From NCBI GenBank assembly GCA_031389835.1, contig JANMSU010000040.1, positions 1 through 31,889 on the forward strand: DNA of 31,889 bases, read 5' to 3'. The translations under genes and the position numbers were made by a program. The notes beneath the pieces are model-generated. The model was not told the origin of the DNA, searched no databases, and worked only from the letters and a program-made list of their open reading frames with translations. The stretch is from Chloroflexota bacterium (GTDB lineage: Bacteria; Chloroflexota; Limnocylindria; P2-11E). Below, one piece after another: positions 8,963 through 17,740 of the stretch. The first letter of the stretch is position 1. Every line of letters starts with the position of its first letter.

Positions 8963-9714
8963 CGCGGTCGCGCCTGGTCGTCGGCAATTGGAAGATGAAT
9001 CCGCCGACCATCGCGGAGGCGGTCGCGCTCGCGCGCGCGGTCGCGTCCACGGCACTTCAGGGCGAGGTGGCTGTCGCCGTCGCGCCTTCGGCGGTCGCGC
9101 TCGCGACCGTCGCTGAGGAGCTTCGCGGTACTCGCGTTCTCGTGTACGCGCAGGACGTGCATTGGGAGGACAAGGGCGCGTACACCGGGCAGACCAGCGC
9201 CTCGATGTTCGCCGGCCTCGCGGCCGGCACGATCGTCGGACACTCGGAGGTCCGTCGCGACCTCGGCGACGATGACACACGGGTTGCCCGAAAGCTGGCG
9301 CGCGCGATCGCCGCCGGGCTGCGGGTGGTGCTGTGCGTTGGCGAGAGTGAAGAGGAGCATCTCGCCGGCGACGCCGAGGCCGTGATCGCGCGGCAGGTCG
9401 CGGCGGACGTCGCTCCGCTGCGCGCGGATCGCGAGCGCGCTACCCAGCTCGTGATCGCATACGAGCCGATCTGGGCGATCGGGACCGGACGGCCTGCCAC
9501 CGGAGAACACGCGATGACCGCGGCGCGCGTGATCCGCCGCACCCTCGAGGCCGCCGGCTTCTCGGGTGATCGCACACCGGTCCTGTATGGCGGAAGCGTC
9601 ACGGCGGCGAACGCGAAGGAGTTCGCGCGCGCGGATGGCATCGACGGAGCGCTCGTCGGTGGCGCGTCACTCAAGGCCGAGGAGTTCGGAGCGATCGTGC
9701 GGGAATTCGGTTGA
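8959..9714 (+). CDS. tpiA: Triosephosphate isomerase
   Basis: GNWKMN, GHSEVR, AYEPIWAIGTG, LYGGSV, VGGASL; GTGA overlap with the whiA stop. Confidence 0.97.
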   Translation: MTRSRLVVGNWKMNPPTIAEAVALARAVASTALQGEVAVAVAPSAVALATVAEELRGTRVLVYAQDVHWEDKGAYTGQTSASMFAGLAAGTIVGHSEVRRDLGDDDTRVARKLARAIAAGLRVVLCVGESEEEHLAGDAEAVIARQVAADVAPLRADRERATQLVIAYEPIWAIGTGRPATGEHAMTAARVIRRTLEAAGFSGDRTPVLYGGSVTAANAKEFARADGIDGALVGGASLKAEEFGAIVREFG

Positions 9715-11225
9715 CCGCGGCGTACCGTCCGGTGGTGCTCTGCGTGCTTGACGGCTGGGGCATCGCACCCGATGCGCCGGGCAACGCGGTGACGCGGGCC
9801 AAGACGCCGCGTCTCGACGCGCTGCTCGCGAGCGGCTCCCACGCGAAGCTCGACGCCAGCGGCCGCGCGGTCGGTCTGCCCGACGGCGTGATGGGGAACA
9901 GCGAGGTCGGACACCTCACGATGGGTGCCGGTTACATCCAGTACCAAGAGCTCGTCCGCATCAACGACGCGATCGACGACGGCAGTTTCTTCCAGAACGC
10001 CGCGCTGCGGGCGGCGTGCGCCGCGGTCCACGAGCGCGGGACGCTCCACCTGCTGGGCCTCATCTCCACCGGCGGTGTGCACGCGGATATGAAGCATCTC
10101 GGCGCGCTCGTGGAGCTGGCGAAGCGCGAGCGTGCTTCGCGCATCGTCGTTCACGCGTTCCTCGATGGACGCGACATGCCGCCGCGAAGCGCGCTGGACC
10201 TCCTGCCGGCCATCGGCGCGCCGATCGCGACCGTGCACGGCCGCTACTACGCGATGGACCGCGACAAGCGCTGGGAGCGCACCCAGTTGTCGTACGACGC
10301 GATCGTCGATGCGCTGGGACCGCGGTGCGACAGCGCGATCGCTGCCGTGCAGCGGTGCTACGAGGACAGCGCGTGCAGCGACGAGCTGATGCGACCCCAC
10401 GTGGTCCGTGACGGCGCGCCGATGCAGGACCGTGACGCGGTCATCTTCTTCAACTTCCGTCCCGATCGCGCGCGGCAGCTCACGTGGTCGCTGATGCAGC
10501 AGGAGCTCAGCGGCTTTCCGCGCAAACGCGTCCCGCAGGGTCTGACGTTCGTCACGATGACCGACTACAAGGTCGAGACGCCCACAGTGAAAGTCGCGTT
10601 CGCGCCGGCCGAGGTCGAGCCGATGGCCCAGGTCCTCGCCGAGGCCGGCAAGAAGCAGTTCCACACGGCCGAGACCGAGAAGTACGCGCACGTGACCTAT
10701 TTCTTCAATGGTGGGCACGAGCCGCCGTTCCCCGGTGAGGACAGGCATCTCGTGCCGTCACCGAAAGTTGCGACGTACGACCTTCAGCCGGAGATGAGCG
10801 CGGCGGGCGTGGCCGACACGTTGGTGAAGGCGATCGAGAGCGGCACGTACGACTTCGCCATCGTGAACTTCGCGAATCCCGACATGGTCGGGCACACCGG
10901 GAGCTTCGAAGCGACTCGCGCGGCGATGGCGGCGACCGATGTCGCGGTCGGGCGTGTCGTGGACGCTGCGCTGGCCGCGGGTGGCTGCGTGCTCGTGACG
11001 GCGGATCACGGGAATGCGGAGGAGCTGCTGTTCCCCGACGGCGGGCGGAACACGCAGCACTCGATGAATCCCGTCCCGGTCGTGTTTGCCGCGCGTGACG
11101 CGGAGCGGTTCTCAGCGCGGGACGGCGGTCTACGCGACGTCGCGCCGACGCTTCTCACGCTTCTGGGTCTTCCCGTTCCCGAGCGCATGACCGGCCGCTC
11201 GCTCCTGCGACCGCGGGGGGATTGA
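9711..11225 (+). CDS. gpmI: 2,3-bisphosphoglycerate-independent phosphoglycerate mutase
   Basis: LDGWG, MGNSEVGH, GRYYAMDRD, FNFRPDRARQ, AETEKYAHVTYFF, NPDMVGH, TADHGNAE. Confidence 0.97.
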   Translation: MTAAYRPVVLCVLDGWGIAPDAPGNAVTRAKTPRLDALLASGSHAKLDASGRAVGLPDGVMGNSEVGHLTMGAGYIQYQELVRINDAIDDGSFFQNAALRAACAAVHERGTLHLLGLISTGGVHADMKHLGALVELAKRERASRIVVHAFLDGRDMPPRSALDLLPAIGAPIATVHGRYYAMDRDKRWERTQLSYDAIVDALGPRCDSAIAAVQRCYEDSACSDELMRPHVVRDGAPMQDRDAVIFFNFRPDRARQLTWSLMQQELSGFPRKRVPQGLTFVTMTDYKVETPTVKVAFAPAEVEPMAQVLAEAGKKQFHTAETEKYAHVTYFFNGGHEPPFPGEDRHLVPSPKVATYDLQPEMSAAGVADTLVKAIESGTYDFAIVNFANPDMVGHTGSFEATRAAMAATDVAVGRVVDAALAAGGCVLVTADHGNAEELLFPDGGRNTQHSMNPVPVVFAARDAERFSARDGGLRDVAPTLLTLLGLPVPERMTGRSLLRPRGD

Positions 11226-12634
11226 TGCGCGCGAGCTGGGCGTGGTGGGCGTACGGCGTCACCTCAGCCGCCCTCGCGGCTGTTGTTCTCTGGAACTGGA
11301 TCTGGGCCGTCACGCTCCGCGGGCCCGTCCTCTATGGTGAGGGCGCCGTCGCGCACGCTGCGATCCTCGCGCGCGCAGACGCGGAGTATGCGAACGCGTT
11401 CGTCACGCGCGCGATCGAGCCGATCTTCGTGGCGGCCAATTATCCGCCGCTCTACTTCCATGTCGCGGCGCTCGGCGACGATCCCTTCATCACGGGACGT
11501 GCGCTGAGCATCGTCGCGACCCTGTTCGTCGCCGGTGCGGTCGCTTGGCGCGCTCGTCCCGCCGGCGTACTTGTCGCCGCGACGATCGCGCTGGCGTGGA
11601 TCGCTTCGGTTCCCGTGATGCAGTGGGGCGCCGCGGTGAAACCCGACCCCGTTGCGCTCGCGTTGACGGTGGGCGCCGTCATCGCGCTCGCCCGTGAGCG
11701 ACCGAATTACCTGCTCGCCGGCGCTCTCGTCGGCGCCGCCGTGCTCGCGAAGCCGACCGCGCTCATTCCGGGCCTCGCACTCTTCGCGTACGTTGCGCGG
11801 CGCGATCCGCCATCCGCGCTGCGCGCGCTCGGCGCGGGCGTCGTCACTGCGGTCGTGGTCTTTCTCTTCACGCATCCGCCGGACGAATCAATGCGCTTGC
11901 ATGTCATCGAATGGAACGCTCTGCCCTGGCGCGTCGAGCTGTTGATCGGGCTGGTGGTGGTCGCGCTGTTGGTGCTGGCGGTGCCGATCGGAACGGCCGT
12001 GTCGGCTCGCGCCTGGAGCGGAGTCGTCGGGGCGTATCTCGTCGGTGCTGTGGGCGTGTTGGTGCTTGGGGGTCGCGAGGGAGCAACGATCAACTACTTC
12101 CTCGACCTCTCAGCTGCGCTCGCTCTGATCGCCGCTGGACTCGCGCCGCGGCTCGCGGCGGCTCCTGCATATCCACTGGCGTCAGTCGGTCAGCTCGTGC
12201 TTGGGGTCGCGCTGCTGAATCCGTTCGTCGGTCTCCCGAGTCTGCTGCAGCCGACCGGTAAATGGGGGAGTCCGGAGCGCCTTGCCTTCGTTCGTGACCA
12301 CGCGCCAGGAGCAGTGCTGATCGAGGACAGCGGCCTCGCCGTGGCCACCGGCCGCGAGCCGATCGTTGACGACCTCTTCCTCTGGTCGCGGCTCTACGAC
12401 ACCGGGCGCATCGATGGCGCGGCGCTGCTCGATGCCGTGCGGGCCGGCCGGTTCGACGCGGTCGTGTCCGAGGTCGATCTGGAGCGGATCGAAGCGGGGC
12501 CCGGCTATGAGCGCCAACGTTGGCACCCGGACCTCGTCGCCGCGGTGCTCGAGCGCTATCAGCTGACGCGGTCCGCGGAATCACTCTGTCGCGCGTCCGC
12601 CCCCTGCCAGCTACATGTCTACACGCGCCGCTAG
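11225..12634 (+). CDS. Polytopic membrane protein, probable GT-C-fold glycosyltransferase
   Basis: Many TM helices, first loop with NYPPLY, DPVALAL, KPTAL, GATINYFLD, soluble C-terminal domain; layout resembles ArnT/PMT-like enzymes (inference). Confidence 0.6.
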   Translation: MRASWAWWAYGVTSAALAAVVLWNWIWAVTLRGPVLYGEGAVAHAAILARADAEYANAFVTRAIEPIFVAANYPPLYFHVAALGDDPFITGRALSIVATLFVAGAVAWRARPAGVLVAATIALAWIASVPVMQWGAAVKPDPVALALTVGAVIALARERPNYLLAGALVGAAVLAKPTALIPGLALFAYVARRDPPSALRALGAGVVTAVVVFLFTHPPDESMRLHVIEWNALPWRVELLIGLVVVALLVLAVPIGTAVSARAWSGVVGAYLVGAVGVLVLGGREGATINYFLDLSAALALIAAGLAPRLAAAPAYPLASVGQLVLGVALLNPFVGLPSLLQPTGKWGSPERLAFVRDHAPGAVLIEDSGLAVATGREPIVDDLFLWSRLYDTGRIDGAALLDAVRAGRFDAVVSEVDLERIEAGPGYERQRWHPDLVAAVLERYQLTRSAESLCRASAPCQLHVYTRR

Positions 12635-12654
12635 CCGTTAGGATGGAGTGACTC

Positions 12655-12873
12655 ATGGATCTTCTTCAGGTCGCCCAGATCGTCATTGCCGTCGCCGTCG
12701 GCGCCTCGATCCTCCTGCAGGCCCGCGGCACCGGGCTGTCCTCGACTTTCGGCGGTGAGTCGACCGCCTACCGCAGCCGTCGCGGCCTCGAGCGGACGCT
12801 GTTCCGGCTAACGATCGTCCTGATCGTCGTCTACGTGATCATTTCGCTCTTGGGCGCTCGCGCAGCCGCGTAG
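12655..12873 (+). CDS. secG: Preprotein translocase subunit SecG
   Basis: 72 aa, two TM segments around ILLQARGTGLSSTFGG...RRGLERTLFRLT; GGAG SD upstream. Confidence 0.93.
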   Translation: MDLLQVAQIVIAVAVGASILLQARGTGLSSTFGGESTAYRSRRGLERTLFRLTIVLIVVYVIISLLGARAAA

Positions 12874-14511
12874 GTGAGGGCGCGCGACAAGTTCATCGTC
12901 GTCGCACTGATCGCGCTGCTGGTCGTCGTTAGCGGCGCCGCGGTGGTGATTGACCGGGCCGAGACCAAGACCGTCGTGCCGACCTATGGCGGCACGTACG
13001 TCGAAGGCGTCATCAGCTCGGCGCAGTTCCTCAATCCCGTGCTCGCCGCGACGCGCGTCGACGAGGACGTCGTCCGTCTGGTGTTCAGCGGGCTGAGCCG
13101 GTACCGCAGCGATGGATCCATTCAGGGCGACCTCGCGCGCTCCTTCTCCACGAGTGAGGACGGCAAAGTCTGGACGTTCGAGATCCGGGACGACGCGACG
13201 TGGCACGACGGGAGGCCGGTGATCTCGGACGATGTCGTGTACACCGTCGCGCTGCTGCAGGACAAGGCGTACGTCGGTCAATACAGCGACGCGTTCCGTG
13301 GCGTGAAGGTCGAGCGCGTGGACGAGCGCGTCGTCCGGTTCGTCCTGCCCGATTCGTACGGCCCGTTCGCTGCGAGTACCACGGTGCCGCTGCTGCCGTC
13401 GCATCTGCTCGCGAAGGTCGACTACGCGGCGCTCCCCCGTGTCGCGTTCAACCGCAGTCCGGTCGGCTCCGGCCCGTTCCGTGTTCTGGAGGTCAACGCC
13501 CGGCAGACGGTATTGGCGCGCAATGACTCCTTCTATCGCACGCGGCCGGAGCGCACCCGCCCATACCTCGACCGGCTGGTGCTCCGCTCGTACCCCGACG
13601 CATCGGAGGCGCTCACTGCACTCGGCCGCGGGGAGATCGACGGAGTCGGTGGCCTCTCGACGGGCGATGCCGAGCGAGCGCGCGGCCTCAAGAACGTGAG
13701 CCTGTACAGCTTCGGCACCAACGACTTCACCGCGCTGTTCCTCAACGTGCGGCCGGAGAAACCGACCTTCCGTGACCGTGTCGTGCGACAGGCGATCGCG
13801 AAGGCGATCGACCGTGGTCGCGTGCTACAGCTCGCCGCCGACGGGCGTGGGGCGGTCGCCGAGGAGTTCGTCCCGCCGGCGTCGTGGGCGTACATCCGCG
13901 ACATCACGCGCCACACGCGCTCGCACGAGGAAGCGAAGGCGATGCTTGACGAAGCGGACTGGAAGGATCACGACGGCGACGGCGTTCGCGACCGTTTTGG
14001 CGTTCAGCTTGCCTTCGCAATCACGACCTCGAGCGAACCGGCCCGCGTGTCCGCGGCGCTGCAGATCTCGGACGACCTCGCCGCCATCGGAATGCGTGTT
14101 GAGCTCAAGGCGATGCCGTTCAGCGAGGTGATCGAGAGCACGGCGCGCGAGCGCGCGTATGACGCGCTGCTGATCGGGATCAGCGTCAGCGGCGACCCCG
14201 ACCCGTATTCGTTCTTCCACTCGAGCGAGATCAAGGCGCCCGGGAACAACTTCTCGGGGTACTCGACGCTATCGATGGACCGGAGCCTCGAGGCGGCGCG
14301 CCGTACGACGGATCAGACAAAGCGGCGCGAGCTGTATACGTCGGTGTTCCAGACGATCGCGACCGAGGTGCCCGTCGTGTTCCTCTACTTCAGCGACTAT
14401 CTCTACGCGCAGGCGCGGCTGGTCCAGGGGCTCAAGATCGCGCCGATCAACGATCCGCGCGAGCGCTTTTGGAATGCCGAAGACTGGTATGTGAGGACCG
14501 CGCGCCGCTGA
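12874..14511 (+). CDS. Family-5 (OppA/DppA-type) ABC solute-binding protein
   Basis: N-terminal TM anchor, GGTYVEG, LNPVLA, GDLARS, WHDGRPV..DDVVYT, PVGSGPF, PDPYSFFHSS; no permease or ATPase genes adjacent. Confidence 0.92.
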   Translation: MRARDKFIVVALIALLVVVSGAAVVIDRAETKTVVPTYGGTYVEGVISSAQFLNPVLAATRVDEDVVRLVFSGLSRYRSDGSIQGDLARSFSTSEDGKVWTFEIRDDATWHDGRPVISDDVVYTVALLQDKAYVGQYSDAFRGVKVERVDERVVRFVLPDSYGPFAASTTVPLLPSHLLAKVDYAALPRVAFNRSPVGSGPFRVLEVNARQTVLARNDSFYRTRPERTRPYLDRLVLRSYPDASEALTALGRGEIDGVGGLSTGDAERARGLKNVSLYSFGTNDFTALFLNVRPEKPTFRDRVVRQAIAKAIDRGRVLQLAADGRGAVAEEFVPPASWAYIRDITRHTRSHEEAKAMLDEADWKDHDGDGVRDRFGVQLAFAITTSSEPARVSAALQISDDLAAIGMRVELKAMPFSEVIESTARERAYDALLIGISVSGDPDPYSFFHSSEIKAPGNNFSGYSTLSMDRSLEAARRTTDQTKRRELYTSVFQTIATEVPVVFLYFSDYLYAQARLVQGLKIAPINDPRERFWNAEDWYVRTARR

Positions 14512-14564
14512 CTTCAGCCTACAAAGTGGCTTGTCGCATGAAATAGCAGGCCCCGAACACATTT

Positions 14565-15395
14565 GTGCGACAACACAGGCGCCCGATTTCGTGCGTAGAT
14601 ACGGGCATAGGAAAGGGATGGAGCAAGGATCTTACCTCGGCCACTGACGGCCGCGTCGCGCGAGCCGCGGCCGCGCATCGTGGCATGCAATACCGTCGTC
14701 GCGCTGCCCCTGCAACGATCAACTGGTCAGCTCGACTTGCTTACGCGGTTGGCCTCATCGCGACCGACGGCTGCCTCTACGGCGACGGCCGCCACATCGC
14801 GTTCATCTCCAAGGACGAGGACCTTATGCGGACACTTCTGAGCCTGGTTGACAGGGCACACATCCGATACCGGCGTGAGGAGAGCGAGTACGGGGGCTGG
14901 GCGTTCCGTGGGCAGTTCAGCTACGCCGCGCTGTACCGGTGGCTCATGTCAATCGGGCTCATGCCCCGAAAGAGCCTTGTACTCGGCGGGATCCATGTCC
15001 CCGACGAGAACCTCATGCCCCTCGTACGCGGCCTCCTCGATGGCGATGGAACTATCTAGACGCTGATCCATTACCCGACACCGAGGACGTACCGGAACTA
15101 CAGGTACGAGAGGTTATGGACGTACTTCAACTCGGCCAGCCGAAAGCACGTCGAGTGGATTCAGGTTCGGCTCGGGTGCACGCTTGGGATCTCGGGCTAC
15201 CTAGAGGTTCTGAAAGGCAGGGGCCACGAGAATCCCATGTATCGGCTCAAATACGGAAATCGAGCTTCGCGTGTGCTACTTCCCGCGGTCTACGCTGATC
15301 TGAACGTTCCGCGACTGGAACGTAAGTGGCGCAAGTGGGCTGCCTACGCCGCGCGCCATGCGATCAGCGTGCCTCGCACGCCCGAGTCACCGTAG
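14565..15395 (+). pseudogene. Double-motif LAGLIDADG homing-endonuclease-like gene interrupted by in-frame TAG at 15057-15059
   Basis: Motif 1 LAYAVGLIATDGCL, motif 2 LVRGLLDGDGTI. After the TAG the same frame stays open for 111 codons (FNSASRKHVEWIQ...YRLKYG...LERKW) to TAG 15393-15395. N-terminal WSKDLTSATDGRV resembles NUMOD3-like motifs. Visibly more A/T-rich than neighbours. Confidence 0.85.
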
Positions 15396-15407
15396 AATTG
15401 AGTCTTC

Positions 15408-15491
15408 GCCGACGTAGCCCAATTGGTTGAGGCGCGGTCTTCAGGAGGCCGTCCGCGTAAGCGGGTGCGGGTTCGAGTCCCGCCGTCGGCA
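15408..15491 (+). tRNA. tRNA-Leu (CAG)
   Basis: GCCGACG/CGTCGGC acceptor, CGGTC-TT-CAG-GA-GGCCG anticodon arm, long variable arm, GGTTCGAGTCC T arm, discriminator A; no encoded CCA. Confidence 0.96.
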
Positions 15492-15522
15492 CAGTCGGTT
15501 TCGACCTCCTACCATCGCCACC

Positions 15523-16377
15523 GTGCCGAAGCGTGCCGCCACGAGCGTGTGGATCTCGATCGATATGGAAGGCCTCGGCGGCGTCGCAACGTACTCCCAC
15601 GTGATGATGCAGGGCGTCGAGTACGAGCGCGCGCGCAAGTGGATGGCCGAAGAGGCGAACGCGTGCATCGACGGCGCCGCGAGCGCCGGCGCGCGCCGCA
15701 TCTGCGTGAACGACTCGCACGGCTCGATGCACAACATCTTCGCTGACGATCTCGATCCACGCGCCGAGCTCGTCGTCGGCACCGCGAAGCCGTGGAGCAT
15801 GGGGCAGGGGATCGACGGCGGATACGACACGTGCTTCTTCGTCGGCTACCACGGTCGGGCGGGTCATCCCAAGGCGGTGCTGGATCACACCTACGCGAGC
15901 CGTGCGATCTACGACTGCCGCCTGAACGGCAAATCGGTCGGCGAGACGACGCTGAACGCGTACCTGGCCGGCCACTTCGGCGCGACGGTCTCTCTCGTGT
16001 CCGGTGACGACGCGACGTGCCGCGAGGGACGGGCGCTCGTGCCCGACGTCGTCACCGTGAAGACGAAGGACGCGACCGGCCGCTTCTCGGCGAAGATGCT
16101 GCATCCCACTCTCGTGCGCGAAGCGCTGCGTGAGGGCGCCGCACGGGCCATCGAGCGCGGGCCGAAGCTGAAGCCGCTCGTTCCAAAGGGCACCAACGAG
16201 ATCGAGCTTGTCTTCCTCACGTCCGCCATGGCCGACATGGCGGAGCTCATCCCGACGACACGACGAAGCGGACCACGCGCGGTCTCGTACGCATCGCGTG
16301 ACTACCTCGAGCTGTACAAGGCCATGCTCGCGATGGTTCGCATCGCTCCGGCGGCCGTGCCGCCGGAGCAGTCCTAG
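15523..16377 (+). CDS. M55-family D-aminopeptidase (DppA-like)
   Basis: SIDMEG, VNDSHG, FVGYH, LDHT, GETTLNA, SGDD motifs. Start GTG 15523 with TACCAT-N7; the ORF-track start lies inside the tRNA. Confidence 0.92.
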   Translation: MPKRAATSVWISIDMEGLGGVATYSHVMMQGVEYERARKWMAEEANACIDGAASAGARRICVNDSHGSMHNIFADDLDPRAELVVGTAKPWSMGQGIDGGYDTCFFVGYHGRAGHPKAVLDHTYASRAIYDCRLNGKSVGETTLNAYLAGHFGATVSLVSGDDATCREGRALVPDVVTVKTKDATGRFSAKMLHPTLVREALREGAARAIERGPKLKPLVPKGTNEIELVFLTSAMADMAELIPTTRRSGPRAVSYASRDYLELYKAMLAMVRIAPAAVPPEQS

Positions 16378-16395
16378 GAGGACCTCCCCGCCGGC

Positions 16396-17535
16396 GTGGA
16401 GCGCGCTGACGTCGTCATCGTCGGAGGCGGGGTCATCGGCGCGTCCATCGCGTACCACCTTGCCGCGCGCGGAGTGCGCGATGTCGTCGTCCTCGAACGC
16501 GACCACCTCGGCAGCGGCTCGACGACCCGCAACGCGGGCGGGGTGCGCCTCCAGTTCTCGACGGAGATCAACGTGCGGCTATCCCTGCGCTCGCTGCCGC
16601 GCATCGAGCGGTTCCAGGAGGAGATGGGCGTCGATCCGCACCTCCGCCAGGTCGGCTACCTGTTCCTCATCACCGAGGAGCACGACGTGGCGCCGTTCGA
16701 ATCGTCGCTCGCGATGTGGAAGCGACTCGACGTGCCGGCGCAGCGCCTCGACGCGGCTGGCGTCCGCGGTGTCTTTCCGGAGCTGCGCGTCGACGATCTC
16801 CGATTCGCGACGCTCTGCATGCGCGACGGCTACTGCGATCCGAGCAGCCTGCTGAATGGCTACGTTGCCCGTGCAAGGGACAAAGGCGTGAGCTTCCGCG
16901 AGGAGGAGCCCGTCGTCGGCATCACGCGCGAAGGTGACCGGGTCACCGCTGTGCGCACCCCGAGCGGGGAGATCGCGTGCGCGACGATCGTGAATGCCGC
17001 GGGCGCATGGGGCGCCGAGGTCGGCGCGTTCGCCGGCGTCGATCTGCCGATCAGGCCGCTCCGACGGCAGATCTTCGTTACCGAGCCGGTTCCCGGACTG
17101 GATCGCGACTTCCCCTTGACCGTCGAGTTCGCGTCATCCCTCTACTTCCACCGCGAGTCCGGAGGCGTACTGATGGGCATGGCGGATCCGACCGACGGCC
17201 CGGGCTTCGACAGCAGCGTGAATTGGGATTTTCTCCCGACCCTCGTGGAGCGCGCGCTTTACCGGCTGCCGATCCTCGAGCGCGCGAACGTCAAGACCGG
17301 ATGGGCCGGCTTCTACGAGGACACGCCTGACAAGCACCCGATCATCGGCGCGGTCGGCGTGGACGGCTTCCTCTGCGCGGCCGGCTTCTCCGGGCACGGC
17401 ATCATGCACGCCCCGGCGACTGGCGAGGCGATCGCGGAGCTCATCACCGAAGGCCGCACCACGCTCGATGTCAGCGCACTCGCGTACGATCGGTTCCGCC
17501 GCGGCGAGCTCATCAAGGAGCACAACGTCATCTGA
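16396..17535 (+). CDS. FAD-dependent oxidoreductase, DAO / sarcosine-oxidase-beta-like
   Basis: VVIVGGGVIG dinucleotide fold, GSGSTTRNAGGVR, GWAGFY..TPD..PIIG, GFSGHGIM. Confidence 0.9.
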   Translation: MERADVVIVGGGVIGASIAYHLAARGVRDVVVLERDHLGSGSTTRNAGGVRLQFSTEINVRLSLRSLPRIERFQEEMGVDPHLRQVGYLFLITEEHDVAPFESSLAMWKRLDVPAQRLDAAGVRGVFPELRVDDLRFATLCMRDGYCDPSSLLNGYVARARDKGVSFREEEPVVGITREGDRVTAVRTPSGEIACATIVNAAGAWGAEVGAFAGVDLPIRPLRRQIFVTEPVPGLDRDFPLTVEFASSLYFHRESGGVLMGMADPTDGPGFDSSVNWDFLPTLVERALYRLPILERANVKTGWAGFYEDTPDKHPIIGAVGVDGFLCAAGFSGHGIMHAPATGEAIAELITEGRTTLDVSALAYDRFRRGELIKEHNVI

Positions 17536-17717
17536 ACGCGCTGTCGCTATTCCTTCTGCTCGACCTTGCGCTCGTCGCGGGAGCCGTCGTGCTCCTGCTG
17601 CTCGTGGTCATCGGGCGCGGACGGCCCGCGCAATATCTCGCGCTCGCGATGCTGCTGATCGCTCTTGCCGTTGGAGTTTGGTACACGACGATCCGCAGTC
17701 CCGCGGCACTCCCCTGA
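17532..17717 (+). CDS. Small two-TM membrane protein (61 aa, CTG start overlapping the upstream stop)
   Basis: Not in ORF track. Reads LNALSLFLLLDLALVAGAVVLLLLVVIGRGRPAQYLALAMLLIALAVGVWYTTIRSPAALP and fills the gap exactly with a CTGA overlap. Confidence 0.55.
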   Translation: MNALSLFLLLDLALVAGAVVLLLLVVIGRGRPAQYLALAMLLIALAVGVWYTTIRSPAALP

Positions 17718-17740
17718 GTCACATACCTAGACTGACTGGC

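Noticed and set aside
9057-10748. Long antisense ORFs (563 aa here; also 4413-5408, 15364-16506, 29458-30633 and others)
   Set aside because: They mirror well-supported genes on the opposite strand, as expected in high-GC DNA with few stop codons, and carry no recognisable motifs.
14553-14566. CGAACACATTTGTG as a LexA (SOS) box upstream of the endonuclease
   Set aside because: Only the left half matches GAAC-N4-GTTC.
15057-15059. Pyrrolysine decoding of the amber in the LAGLIDADG gene
   Set aside because: No pyl genes in the window and no reason for Pyl at this site; a nonsense mutation or sequencing error is simpler.
15427-15522. N-terminal extension of the M55 peptidase
   Set aside because: It runs through tRNA-Leu; a leaderless start at 15523 fits better.
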